A program made the position numbers and the translations under genes. From positions 1 through 31,717 of the forward strand of contig JBCBJQ010000067.1 of the NCBI GenBank assembly GCA_038523235.1: a stretch of 31,717 bases of DNA, read 5' to 3'. This DNA is from Cyanobacteria bacterium J06626_4. GTDB taxonomy: Bacteria; Cyanobacteriota; Cyanobacteriia; Phormidesmidales; Phormidesmidaceae. Below are positions 1 through 10,849 of the stretch, piece by piece. Each line of letters begins with the position of its first letter. Position 1 is the stretch's first letter. The notes beneath the pieces were generated by a model. It searched no databases, had not been told where the DNA came from, and saw only the letters and a program-made list of their open reading frames with translations.

Positions 1-1
1 C

Positions 2-1993
2 AAGCAACTGGATATTAGCTTAAATCAATTCAATACACTGCCATCAGAAATTGGAAAGCTTACTAGTCTGAAACAGTTTGATTTCGGTGGGAATCCCCTT
101 GAAGATCCTCCACCCGAAATCATTGCTAAAGGCTCATTACACGTTGTGAGTTATTTGCGTCAACAGTTAGAGCAGGGCAGAGAATATCTATATGAAGCTA
201 AATTTCTCATTGTAGGAGAGGGAGGAGCAGGAAAAACATCTTTGGCCAAAAAGCTCCTTAATCCTCACTACGAGCTTGATGTCCAGGAATGTAGCACAGA
301 AGGTATTGATGTTATTCACTGGGAATTTAAATTACGAGATGGAACTACATTTCGAGCCAATATCTGGGACTTTGGTGGACAGGAAATTTATCATGCCACC
401 CATCAGTTCTTTCTGACTAAGCGTTCGCTCTATGCATTGGTAGTAGATGTTCGGCAAGATAACACTGACCTCTATTACTGGTTGAGCATTGTTAATTTGC
501 TGAGTGAAAGTAGTCCTGTCTTTATTGTCAAAAATGAAAAGCAGGATCGCCAGTGCGAAGTTAATGAGCGGCAACTCAAAAGCGAATTCATGGACTCGCT
601 CGAAAAAGTTTGCACCACGAACTTGGCAGATAACCGTGGCCTGAACGAGATTAAAATCGCGATTCAAAATCGTATCGCCCAGTTACCTCATGTGGGGACT
701 CCTTTGCCCAAGAAGTGGGTGGAGATAAGACGAACTTTAGAAATGGATGAGCGAAACTACATTCTCTTTCATGAATATATCCGTATCTGTGAATTGAATG
801 AGTTTACTCAAATTGCCAATCAGCTTCAACTGAGCGAATATCTGCACGATTTAGGCGTGTGTCTCCATTTTCAAAAAGATCCTGTCCTCAAACACTTTGT
901 GATCCTCAAACCCGAATGGGGCACTGCGGCAGTTTATAAAGCTCTGGACACAAAAGCAGTGCGCGATAACTGCGGCCGCTTTACTCGTATTCAACTCAAC
1001 GAAATCTGGAGTGAACATCAGTACGCTGACATGCGAGATGAACTCTTGCAACTGATGATGCGGTTTAAACTCTGTTACGAAATTCCCGGTTGCTCTCAGC
1101 ACTACATCGCTCCCCAACTTCTGGGAATCAATGCTCCCGAATATGACTGGAATGACAGTGCCAACCTGATCTTCCGCTACCGTTACGATTTCATGCCCAA
1201 GGGTATTCTCACTCGCATCATCGTCGAACTTCACGAATATATCGAAGATCAGCAACTCGTCTGGAAAACGGGAGTTGTACTTACCAGTGGTAGTGCTCGG
1301 GCCGAAGTCATCGAGCACTATCCTCGCAGCGAAATCCGCATCCGCGTCTCCGGCAGTGACCAAAAACGCTGGCTTTCGGCCATCACCCACGAGTTAGAAA
1401 AGATTCACCGCTCTTACAACTCCGCTGATAATCCCACCGAAAATCGTCTTCGCTACCAAACTCTCATCCCCTGCAACTGCTCCGTCTGTATAGGCCGCCA
1501 AAACCCCCACGACTATCCCTATAAGGTCTTGCAACAATTCTTGCGAGACAGGCAAAATACCATCCAATGCCAGAAAAGCTATCAAATGGTGGACGTGCGC
1601 CGCTTGCTAGACGATATTTTGTATGGTGCGCTTGATGTGCTTCCAATGCAGGAGTCAATGAGTCGTTCTGATGACGATCCCCAAAGCTTTCCCCAGCAAG
1701 GTATCTCCAGCATTGTTCAAACCGCCCAAAAGCAGGTGTATCGCCCCAGTCGTCAGGAGCGCCTGAACTTGATCCAAACAATCAACACCTTACCTAAGCC
1801 TCAGTTTGAAGAACTAGTGTATGCCTTGAATCCGCCCCCAGGAATATTGCCCTCAAATATTGCTGCTCAAGGCAATCGCGCTAGTGAGTTGCTGCGATGG
1901 GCAGAAGGGGCGAAAGATATAGGGCTACCCGCCATTTTGGAAGTGCTAGAGGCTATGAACGTTCCTCTGTCGCCAAGGCCAGACCATTCTTAA
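2..1993 (+). CDS. LRR-Roc-COR (Roco GTPase) protein with C-terminal EAD/Death-like helical domain; 5' end lies outside the window
   Basis: The frame is open from base 2 (KQLDISLNQFNTLPSEIGKLTSLKQFDFGGNPLEDPPPEII: LRR plus cap), so the track start at 146 is not the real start. Roc motifs GEGGAGKTS, STEGID, WDFGGQEIYHATHQFF; COR motifs LHDLGVCLHF and YDFMPKGILTRIIV; Cys cluster PCNCSVC...CQKS; helical tail from about 1751. Confidence 0.93.
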   Translation, partial: KQLDISLNQFNTLPSEIGKLTSLKQFDFGGNPLEDPPPEIIAKGSLHVVSYLRQQLEQGREYLYEAKFLIVGEGGAGKTSLAKKLLNPHYELDVQECSTEGIDVIHWEFKLRDGTTFRANIWDFGGQEIYHATHQFFLTKRSLYALVVDVRQDNTDLYYWLSIVNLLSESSPVFIVKNEKQDRQCEVNERQLKSEFMDSLEKVCTTNLADNRGLNEIKIAIQNRIAQLPHVGTPLPKKWVEIRRTLEMDERNYILFHEYIRICELNEFTQIANQLQLSEYLHDLGVCLHFQKDPVLKHFVILKPEWGTAAVYKALDTKAVRDNCGRFTRIQLNEIWSEHQYADMRDELLQLMMRFKLCYEIPGCSQHYIAPQLLGINAPEYDWNDSANLIFRYRYDFMPKGILTRIIVELHEYIEDQQLVWKTGVVLTSGSARAEVIEHYPRSEIRIRVSGSDQKRWLSAITHELEKIHRSYNSADNPTENRLRYQTLIPCNCSVCIGRQNPHDYPYKVLQQFLRDRQNTIQCQKSYQMVDVRRLLDDILYGALDVLPMQESMSRSDDDPQSFPQQGISSIVQTAQKQVYRPSRQERLNLIQTINTLPKPQFEELVYALNPPPGILPSNIAAQGNRASELLRWAEGAKDIGLPAILEVLEAMNVPLSPRPDHS

Positions 1994-2138
1994 AAACATG
2001 AATACTCTCACAGATCGATCTACGTCTCGAATCTGAGGATGAAGTAGACTCGCCAAAACCCTTGAGAAAAATTGAGCTTTCACAGCGGCGACAATCGGCG
2101 AATGATACGGTGTCGGTCAATGAAGCGTTTGGGGATGA

Positions 2139-3251
<1,113 letters not shown>

Positions 3252-3444
3252 GCAGTGGATGAGGGGCTGATTGCGCTGGTTCCGAAGTCTCTAGCCATGC
3301 CTTCTGCACCCTGTGATTTCCACCTTCCCACGGCTCAGAAATTCAGCCGCTGCCAGGCGCTTTGCTGATGTTGTGGACTGCTTTGCTCAATTGCGGTGAG
3401 CTGCCGAAACGTTAATCCGTCCGACCCATCAAAATGGCTAACAC

Positions 3445-3503
3445 GCCACCCCCCCACTTCCACCCTCTACCCCCTACTCTCCATCCCCCACTTTTCCATC
3501 CTC
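3445..3503. repeat. STRR-like degenerate 7-mer C-rich tandem repeat
   Basis: ccacccc ccacttc caccctc taccccc tactctc catcccc cactttt: typical cyanobacterial short tandem repeat style. Confidence 0.55.
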
Positions 3504-3504
3504 C

Positions 3505-4356
3505 ATGACCTCCCCCAACACCCTCACCCTCACAGCCCATCAGCGCGTTTTCGGCGGTTGGCAAAACGTCTATCGCCATCGCTCGGATGTCCTCAACTGC
3601 GACATGAACGTTGCCGTCTACCTGCCGCCCCAGGCAGAGACGCAGCCCTGTCCGGTGGTCTATTGGCTCAGCGGCCTCACCTGCACCGAGCAAAATTTCA
3701 TCACTAAGGCCGGGGCGCAGCAACATGCCGCCCAGCACGGCCTGATTCTGATCGCGCCCGATACCAGTCCTCGGGGCTGCAATCTACCCGGCGAAGATGA
3801 TAGTTGGGATTTCGGCACCGGAGCAGGCTTTTATGTGAATGCCACGCAAGCGCCCTGGGCGCAGCACTATCGCATGTATGACTACGTGGTGAGTGAACTG
3901 CCGGGGGCGATCGCGGCCAACTTCCCCATCTGTGAGACGCATCAAAGCATCATGGGCCACTCGATGGGCGGCTATGGGGCGCTGATGATTGCCCTACGCA
4001 ACCCCGGACGCTTTAAGAGCGTGTCGGCATTTTCGCCCATTGTGGCTCCGACCCAAGTACCGTGGGGGCAAAAAGCCTTCAGCGCCTATCTCGGCGACAA
4101 TCGTGATGATTGGCTCGCCTATGACCCGACCCATCTAGTTATGGATGCTGCCAAACCGCTGCCCACCCTGATCGATCAGGGGGAAGCCGATAACTTTCTG
4201 CAAGAACAGCTGCAGCCCGAAAAATTTGCCGCTGCCTGCCAGACTGTCAACTATCCGCTGACATTACGAATGCAGCCCGGCTACGACCACAGCTACTATT
4301 TCATCGCCACTTTTATCGGTGATCACCTAGCCCACCATGCAGCGGCGTTGGTCTGA
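3505..4356 (+). CDS. fghA: S-formylglutathione hydrolase
   Basis: [36 protein letters not shown] nucleophile, [13 protein letters not shown]; follows frmA. Confidence 0.97.
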   Translation: MTSPNTLTLTAHQRVFGGWQNVYRHRSDVLNCDMNVAVYLPPQAETQPCPVVYWLSGLTCTEQNFITKAGAQQHAAQHGLILIAPDTSPRGCNLPGEDDSWDFGTGAGFYVNATQAPWAQHYRMYDYVVSELPGAIAANFPICETHQSIMGHSMGGYGALMIALRNPGRFKSVSAFSPIVAPTQVPWGQKAFSAYLGDNRDDWLAYDPTHLVMDAAKPLPTLIDQGEADNFLQEQLQPEKFAAACQTVNYPLTLRMQPGYDHSYYFIATFIGDHLAHHAAALV

Positions 4357-4388
4357 CTGCTGTGAAAGGGAGCCGGCGATCGACTTGG

Positions 4389-4429
4389 CTGAGCGAAGAG
4401 GACTATCAAGCGGTGTACGCTTCGCTCAG
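4389..4429. terminator. Perfect 10-bp inverted repeat between convergent genes (REP-like hairpin or possible bidirectional terminator)
   Basis: ctgagcgaag (4389-4398) and cttcgctcag (4420-4429); no clear U-tract. Confidence 0.45.
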
Positions 4430-4459
4430 GATGACACATCCAATTCTTTGACCTGGGAT

Positions 4460-5353
4460 CTAAAGGGTCTGCAGCCAGTCTTTAATGAAGGCATTGACGA
4501 TCTCGGGTCGTTCGTCGTGGGGGCAGTGACCGGTGTCAGGAATCGAGTGAAACGTCACGGGCGGATCAATATCTGCTGTTTGACTCAGCTCCTCATAAAT
4601 GCTGGCTCCGGCGATCGGCGTCCAGGGATCGTTCTCACCCCAAAGCACCAAGAGCGGCTGCTTGATTTGGGGCAATAGCTCGCTGGGGCGCGGGCCAGCC
4701 GGTGCACTTAGGATCGAAGCGAAAACCTTTTGAGCACCCGGATCGCAGGATGGGCCATGCAGAATATCCACCAGCTCATCGGTGATGGCGTCTCGGTTGC
4801 GGTAGACCTGTTTCAGCGAACCGCGAATGCGAAACTTGCGCCGGACTTCGTTAAACAGCAGCGGCCCCAACAGGTTAGAACTGACTAATTTACTAAAGGT
4901 GCCCATGACGAATCGCAGCGGTGGGGCCAACTCTTCGGGGCGATGATTTAACCCCCCGGCACTATTGAGCAGCACCCCTGCCTGCGCCATTTCTGGTGAG
5001 CGGGCCAACATCATCAGCGCCAGTAGACCGCCAATGGAATTGCCCACAAAAACGGCTGGCTGCCCAATGTGCTCGCGCCAATAGTCTTGTAGCAAGGCTT
5101 CCCACACTTCGACGGCATAATCTAGCTCGGCCTTGTCAGACTGGCCAAAGCCTAGCAGATCGATTGCGTGCACCTGATAGCCAGCAGCGGCGAGTTCGGG
5201 GATGTTTTTGCGCCAGTGCCCAATGGAAGCCCCAAACCCGTGAATCAATACGAGGGGCAAGCCGCTGCCCTGCACGGTATAGCAAATGCGATGACCTTGC
5301 CAAATCCACTCTTGAGTCGGTAGCGTGGCGGGTGCGGTAAGTTGAGCCGTCAT
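4460..5353 (-). CDS. alpha/beta-fold hydrolase (cyanobacterial family)
   Basis: HGFGASIGHWRKN, DLLGFGQSDK, GNSIGG nucleophile elbow, WGENDPW, GHCPHDERP. Confidence 0.93.
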   Translation of the reverse strand: MTAQLTAPATLPTQEWIWQGHRICYTVQGSGLPLVLIHGFGASIGHWRKNIPELAAAGYQVHAIDLLGFGQSDKAELDYAVEVWEALLQDYWREHIGQPAVFVGNSIGGLLALMMLARSPEMAQAGVLLNSAGGLNHRPEELAPPLRFVMGTFSKLVSSNLLGPLLFNEVRRKFRIRGSLKQVYRNRDAITDELVDILHGPSCDPGAQKVFASILSAPAGPRPSELLPQIKQPLLVLWGENDPWTPIAGASIYEELSQTADIDPPVTFHSIPDTGHCPHDERPEIVNAFIKDWLQTL

Positions 5354-5518
5354 AGTTAGGAAAGTTGTTTAAGTGCTTTGCTAATCGAAAAATCTATTTA
5401 ACATCATAGAGCTGAACTTTACGAAACTTAAGGTGTAGATTCCCGACGGTTGCTTTTGGGCTGCCTCAGAGTGGTTTTTGGGAGAAGTCGGAATACCCTC
5501 CGGGAAGAGCAAGCTCTA

Positions 5519-5570
5519 CGGAGTGCGGAGTTAGGAATTCGGAGTTCAAGGTTGGAAGTGCGGAATCAGG
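5519..5570. repeat. STRR-like degenerate 7-mer repeat (cggagtK-like)
   Basis: cggagtg cggagtt aggaatt cggagtt caaggtt ggaagtg cggaatc. Confidence 0.55.
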
Positions 5571-5576
5571 CTGGAG

Positions 5577-5697
5577 TGAGAAACGGCTGTTGATGCCGGG
5601 CGCATCCCAAATTTGCCAATCCATCAATAGTTTAGGGCGAGTATCTTGCCCGCGATCAGAGCTAGAAAGACAAAATTGAGAAACGGCTGTTGATGCC
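5577..5697. repeat. Exact 21-bp direct repeat, two copies 100 bp apart
   Basis: tgagaaacggctgttgatgcc at 5577-5597 and 5677-5697. Confidence 0.9.
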
Positions 5698-5734
5698 TCG
5701 CTTCAGGCTGGGTGGAGGGTTCCCAGGGCCATGC

Positions 5735-7213
5735 CTAAGGGCCCAACCGAGATCGCACGATGGGATAGAGCGATCGCGACAGATGCCGACGGCGAGCCGG
5801 TTCATCATCCAGGACAAACGGCGGTGTCACCGTATACCCGGAGGAAAACGGCTGCAGTACCTGCCAAAGCTGCCGTTTTGAAACAACCTTGCTCGGGGCA
5901 AAATTTGTGGTGGTTTCGCCCGACATGGCCTGTCCTGCTGTGGTCTGTTGAATGGCGGTGGCGGCCCAGTGGTTGGCGGTGACATCAGCATAGGGGGATT
6001 TCGCCTCAGTGGCGGGGAAGGCCCGAGGCCGGGGTAATCGCGCTAAGGCTGAGGCCAGCACCGCTTTGGTGATGGGGGTGGCTGGTCGAAAGCTCAGGTC
6101 GCGGTGACGCATCGTGCACACCACATTAGCGATCGCCACCATCTGAATCGCCTCAAAGTCAGGATCATCCAGCGCTACATCATCAAACGCAAAAATGGGA
6201 ATGCCCTGCTGTACCAGCCGTTGCTGCAGTTGCCATGCAGCGTGGGGTGGGGCCATCAAGGCTGACAGTCCGCCTGCTAATACCGCCTGCGCGGCAATGT
6301 GGCCGACCGCCTCGCCCAAGGCCCACTGGGCCCGAGGCTGCTCAAAAATGGAGCGGAGGGCAGAGGTACAGCCCGGCAGGCTCACGCGTAGCAGTCCTGT
6401 GGTCTGGGTGGGCTGCAACGCCCGCAGCGGTATCGAAAAGGGTCGAACGCCTTGGCTAGGCGGGTTGCTTGGGGCCATCACTAGCGCGATCGTATCGGAG
6501 AAAAAAGTGCCTCGCGCCGCGCCGCGCCGTTCTCCGGCGAGATGGTCAGCGGTCAGGGTCAGCTCCGTTACTGCTGCTGACTCTGAGGATTCGTCTAGCT
6601 GCTGCTGCAGGGCCGCATTGCCTGTGGCATCCAACGTCAGCCGCGCATGAATCTGGAATCGCTGGCCGGTTGACACATCACGAAACACCACCTGATGTAC
6701 TCGCCGCTGGCCGCGCTGGGTGGAATACAGCACCTGTACCGGTTCGCCTTGGGGAATGAGAATTAGCTGCTGACTTTTGAGGTAGGGGGCGATCGCCTGC
6801 CGCAGCTGAGTTTCTTTCGAGGCGCTGGCCGGAGCAGCAGCTGGGGGGACAGTGGTGTCCGGCGATTTCTGGCGAGGCAATGAGGCTGGGGTCGCCAGTT
6901 GGCGATTCTTCCAATAGGACTGCTGACTTTGTGACATGACTGTGGCCGTGGCCCAGGGCGAAACGCGTCGCCCCAATCGCCAGCTAAAGCGCGTTGCGAG
7001 ATGCGCTGAGGTGGGCTGATTGAGCGCGGCAGCAATATTGAGCGACCCCGTCTGCGCCCAGCATACCTGCCCCCCCGCCTGCAAAATGGCCAGCGTTGCA
7101 GTGTAGGCGGCGACGGTGTTGCCCACCACGAGCGTTTTACAAAAAACGGTTTCCCGTGGGGCGGGGCACAAAGTCCCAGAGCGGACGACAGCAAGGCGAC
7201 TAGCCACGAACAA
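5735..7213 (-). CDS. Divergent FAD-dependent oxidoreductase-like protein with C-terminal SLH-like domains
   Basis: Degenerate Rossmann start LVVGNTVAAYTATLA, TLDATG, PFSIPLRALQP, WALGEAVGHIAA; SLH-like FDDVALDDPDFEAIQ...FRPATPITKAVLASAL and YADVTANHWAATAI. Start uncertain. Confidence 0.75.
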   Translation of the reverse strand: MFVASRLAVVRSGTLCPAPRETVFCKTLVVGNTVAAYTATLAILQAGGQVCWAQTGSLNIAAALNQPTSAHLATRFSWRLGRRVSPWATATVMSQSQQSYWKNRQLATPASLPRQKSPDTTVPPAAAPASASKETQLRQAIAPYLKSQQLILIPQGEPVQVLYSTQRGQRRVHQVVFRDVSTGQRFQIHARLTLDATGNAALQQQLDESSESAAVTELTLTADHLAGERRGAARGTFFSDTIALVMAPSNPPSQGVRPFSIPLRALQPTQTTGLLRVSLPGCTSALRSIFEQPRAQWALGEAVGHIAAQAVLAGGLSALMAPPHAAWQLQQRLVQQGIPIFAFDDVALDDPDFEAIQMVAIANVVCTMRHRDLSFRPATPITKAVLASALARLPRPRAFPATEAKSPYADVTANHWAATAIQQTTAGQAMSGETTTNFAPSKVVSKRQLWQVLQPFSSGYTVTPPFVLDDEPARRRHLSRSLYPIVRSRLGP

Positions 7214-7376
7214 TAAACCGGGTCAAGGTTGCTGGCATCACCTTATCTCAAAGGGCGATCGCCCGCATCCCTGCCCTTCAGAGTGTGAGAAATCTTCGAA
7301 TTTTGACGCGGTTGCCTGCAGGCGAACAGTCTCCCATCGTCCGACCTTTTGGTCTGAGGGCAGCCAACCAGAAGCC

Positions 7377-8501
7377 TCAATACAGCTCATATTTCATCAG
7401 CTGACAGGGCAATTTGCCGTTCAAAATGGGCAGCCGTTGCGACGACTTCAAGCCGATGGATTTAGCCAGTGACTTGTTGCCGCTCAACACAAAGGCCGTC
7501 CACCCTTTAAAGCGCTGCTTCAAGACATCGCCCAGCAGCTTATAAAACGCCCCTAAATCTTCGTCGCGGCCCAAGCGCTGGCCGTAGGGCGGGTTGCACA
7601 ACAGGACACCGGTATCGGCAGGTGCCGTAACGGCGGCTAACTCTAGCGTCTGTAGGGTGATCTCTTGCTCGACTTCGCAGTTTTGCGCGTTGGCCTGCGC
7701 CTGCTGCACCACTTCGGCATCGCGATCGCAGCCCATAATCGGGGCGGGTAAGGTCTCTAACCGTTCCGTATAGGCCTGCTGCTGCAAGCGTTTCCACAGG
7801 CGGGCATCAAAAGTGGGCCAGGTCTCAAAGCCCAACTGCTCGCGAAACAGCCCCGGGGCGCGCTTGAGGCCGATCAGCGCCGCCTCTAACGGCAGCGTGC
7901 CGGAACCACAAAGCGGGTCACAAAAGGCCTGATCGGGCTGCCAGCCCGAGAGATAAATCAGCGCGGCGGCGAGGGATTCTTTCAGCGGCGCTTTGCCGAC
8001 AGCGGGCCGATAACCGCGCCGATGCAGGCTGCTGCCAGAGCTATCGAGGCTAACGGTGGCGCGATCGCGGTTGAGATGGACATTGATTTGCACATCTGGC
8101 TGCTGCGTATCCACATTCGAGCGCTGCTGAAAGCGATCTCGCTGCTGATCGACAATGGCGTTTTTCACCTGCAGGGCGGTGAAGTGAGTGTGGTTGAGCT
8201 GGCGATTTTTGCCTGTAGCGGCTACGGCCATCGTCAGGTCTGGATCGAGATACTCTTGCCAGTCAATACGCTGTACACCGCTGTAGAGGTCATCGGCATC
8301 CCGACAGCGAAATTCGGCTACCTCGACCAAAATCCGAAAGGGCAATCGTGCCCACAGGTTGACCCGATACAGCAGTTCGCGATCGCCCTGAAACGCGACT
8401 CCACAAAAACCGGGCTGCGGGTCGCGCACGCCGATTTCCTGCAGTTCTTGAGCGGCGAGGGTTTCGAGCCCGCGTGCCACCGTCGCAAAATAATGCCCCA
8501 T
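7377..8501 (-). CDS. THUMP-domain RNA methyltransferase (RlmL/YpsC, UPF0020-like)
   Basis: YFATVARGLE, SLHRRGYR, APLKESLAAAL, DPLCGSGT, NPPYGQRL; ATG at 8501 preferred. Confidence 0.93.
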   Translation of the reverse strand: MGHYFATVARGLETLAAQELQEIGVRDPQPGFCGVAFQGDRELLYRVNLWARLPFRILVEVAEFRCRDADDLYSGVQRIDWQEYLDPDLTMAVAATGKNRQLNHTHFTALQVKNAIVDQQRDRFQQRSNVDTQQPDVQINVHLNRDRATVSLDSSGSSLHRRGYRPAVGKAPLKESLAAALIYLSGWQPDQAFCDPLCGSGTLPLEAALIGLKRAPGLFREQLGFETWPTFDARLWKRLQQQAYTERLETLPAPIMGCDRDAEVVQQAQANAQNCEVEQEITLQTLELAAVTAPADTGVLLCNPPYGQRLGRDEDLGAFYKLLGDVLKQRFKGWTAFVLSGNKSLAKSIGLKSSQRLPILNGKLPCQLMKYELY

Positions 8502-8768
8502 GCTGAACCTGACTGTTAACACTGCCCCAATAGCGCAGAGGCTCCCACGGTGGGTTCTGTTCGCCAGTGAATCTAGCAGACAAAACTCAGCGCTATTGCC
8601 CCTGACTTTACAGTGTTGTTAGGGTTTCACAGCTTAAACCTTTTTGATCGCCGCTGACACTACATCACGATGGCCGAAGGCAACCTACCTACCCGCCGCG
8701 GGGCGGGCTATCCTGAGGCGGAGCCGCCGTGGCCACCGAATATCTTTGCGACTGCTGGAGTTGGCCTG

Positions 8769-9968
8769 ATGTATGCCCTAACAAACTGTACGCTCTACAC
8801 CGGGTTTGAGGTGCTGACTGACCATGCCCTCGTGATTGACGGGGCGTACATTCGGGCGATCGTGCCCCCAGCGGACTTGCCGGTCGAATGTGATCGCCTG
8901 GATCTGCAGGGTTTGCAGGTGTCGCCGGGGTTTATCGACCTGCAGCTAAATGGCTGTGGTGGGGTGATGTTTAACGATGTCATTGCTACCAGCACCCTCG
9001 ATACGATGCATCAGACTAATCTGTGCAGCGGCACCACCAACTTTTTGCCAACCCTTATCACCACCTCGGATGCGGATATGCAGGCGGCGATCGCAGTTGT
9101 TCGGCATTATCGGCAACAGCCGCCAAACGGTGTACTGGGTCTCCATTTCGAAGGCCCCTATCTCAACCCCCAGCGCAAAGGCATTCACAACGGCGCGTAT
9201 GTACGATCACCTGAGGCCGCTATGGTGGCCGCGATCGCGACAGCCGGGCCAGATATCGTCAAACTGGTGACGCTGGCCCCCGAGGCCGTCTCCCCAGAAA
9301 CTATTCGCACCCTTTGCGATGCGGGTATTACGGTGTCGGCTGGGCACACCAACGCCACCTACGATCAGGCCCTGGCGGGATTTGAGCAAGGCGTCACGCT
9401 AGTCACCCATCTATTCAACGCCATGTCGCCCTGGCAGAGTCGTCAGCCCGGCACGGTCGGTGCCGCCTTCAATCATCCCGATATCTATGCGGGCATCATC
9501 GCCGATGGCCATCATGTCCATTTCGCCTCGATTGCCCTGGCCCACAAATTAAAGGGCGATAAACTCTTCCTCGTGACCGACGCCACCCCGCCTGCGGGCA
9601 CCACCCTCGATTCGTTTGTCATTGGCGGCCAACCGGTGTATTGCCGGGACGGCAAATGCGTTTCTGCCGAGGGCACGCTAGGGGGCTCTGCCTTGACGAT
9701 GGCGGCAGCGATCGCCAACTGTGTGCAGCAGGTGGGTCTTCCCCTCGATGAAGCGTTACGCATGGCCACCCTATATCCGGCTCGGGCTATCAATGTGGCG
9801 GATCAACTGGGGACTGTAGCCGCGGGGCGTTTGGCCAACTTAGCCATGTTTGATGCGGCGCTGCAGATCTGCGGCGTGGTCGATCTCGGCCATCTACAAA
9901 TGTTCACGCCGCTGGCCGACATGCCCCCTTCTCCACTACCGATTACAACCGGGTCGGGCCAGCGTTAG
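8769..9968 (+). CDS. nagA: N-acetylglucosamine-6-phosphate deacetylase
   Basis: PGFIDLQLNGCGG, LHFEGPYL, VTLAPE, SAGHTNAT, THLFNAM, IADGHHV, LVTDAT, LGGSALTM; start MYALTN at 8769. Confidence 0.96.
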   Translation: MYALTNCTLYTGFEVLTDHALVIDGAYIRAIVPPADLPVECDRLDLQGLQVSPGFIDLQLNGCGGVMFNDVIATSTLDTMHQTNLCSGTTNFLPTLITTSDADMQAAIAVVRHYRQQPPNGVLGLHFEGPYLNPQRKGIHNGAYVRSPEAAMVAAIATAGPDIVKLVTLAPEAVSPETIRTLCDAGITVSAGHTNATYDQALAGFEQGVTLVTHLFNAMSPWQSRQPGTVGAAFNHPDIYAGIIADGHHVHFASIALAHKLKGDKLFLVTDATPPAGTTLDSFVIGGQPVYCRDGKCVSAEGTLGGSALTMAAAIANCVQQVGLPLDEALRMATLYPARAINVADQLGTVAAGRLANLAMFDAALQICGVVDLGHLQMFTPLADMPPSPLPITTGSGQR

Positions 9969-10005
9969 TCTATAAAGAGTTCAGTCATCGTTGCGGAATT
10001 TTCCT

Positions 10006-10338
10006 ATGCTGTCTGTCTACAAACGTGTGGTGATCGCTGCAATTGGTTGTTCTGCTGGCGCCCTCTGGGGCAGTCTAGCCACCGCCTCTGATCGCGCTGA
10101 TGCTCTCCCCGCCCCGCCTGCTGCTGAGGAAACCGCGCCTTTGCCCGCTGCTGAGCCTGCGATCGAGACGGAGTCCCCGACCGAGGCCGAGGCTGAGGCC
10201 GAACCGTTGGTTTGCCCTCCCGGTCAGTTTGCTTCAACCTTTGCCGATGTGTATCCGTTCCACTGGGCCTATGATGCGGTCAATTCGTTAGCCGCCCCCC
10301 CGATGCAGTGCTTCGACTGGCCTGAAGAGTACCTGTAA
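10006..10338 (+). CDS. Small secreted protein with Pro/Ala/Glu linker and partial SLH motif
   Basis: Signal peptide (KRVVIAAIGCSAGALWGSLATA), low-complexity linker, FADVYPFHWAYDAVNSLA. Confidence 0.75.
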   Translation: MLSVYKRVVIAAIGCSAGALWGSLATASDRADALPAPPAAEETAPLPAAEPAIETESPTEAEAEAEPLVCPPGQFASTFADVYPFHWAYDAVNSLAAPPMQCFDWPEEYL

Positions 10339-10420
10339 CAGTGAGTGAGCCCACCGTATCCACCCGGTACCCCGCCCTGCCGTAGGATAAAGAAAGCAGC
10401 CTGTAGGGATACACCGAATC

Positions 10421-10849
10421 ATGGATAAAGCAGAGCAACTTGTGCGCATGGCAGAAGACGAGCTGACTCAGTACAGCACTGAAGCACGCAAAATTGAAAA
10501 GCTGCGCCGCAAGTTTAGCTTTGCGCTCCCCTATGCTGAGCAAAAGGCCGTGCGCGATCAGGTCGAGGCCGACATTCCGACCAACTTCATCGCTAAGCTC
10601 GTTGAAGAAAATCGACAAACCGTAGCCCTGCCGTTTTGGGGTATTGGGGGGCTGGGTCTGCTGTTAGGCATTTCGTTGCGTCAACCGCTCGATATCATCG
10701 CCACTGGCATCGGCTTTTATGTGGCGTTTCAAGTGCAGAAGTGGGGCTGGGAACTAGAGGCGAAGCGCCTGGTGGTCAAAACCCTAGACGATATTGAAGT
10801 CGGAATCCAGGCTGCCCGCGCCGATACAGCGACCAAAGAGGCTTCGTAA
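10421..10849 (+). CDS. Hypothetical membrane protein (helical N-terminus plus two TM segments)
   Basis: Clean ATG ORF, hydrophobic hairpin ALPFWGIGGLGLLLGISL...IIATGIGFYVAF. Confidence 0.8.
   Translation: MDKAEQLVRMAEDELTQYSTEARKIEKLRRKFSFALPYAEQKAVRDQVEADIPTNFIAKLVEENRQTVALPFWGIGGLGLLLGISLRQPLDIIATGIGFYVAFQVQKWGWELEAKRLVVKTLDDIEVGIQAARADTATKEAS

Noticed and set aside
5577..5697. Mini-CRISPR array
   Set aside because: Only two 21-bp copies, a 79-bp spacer and no cas genes.
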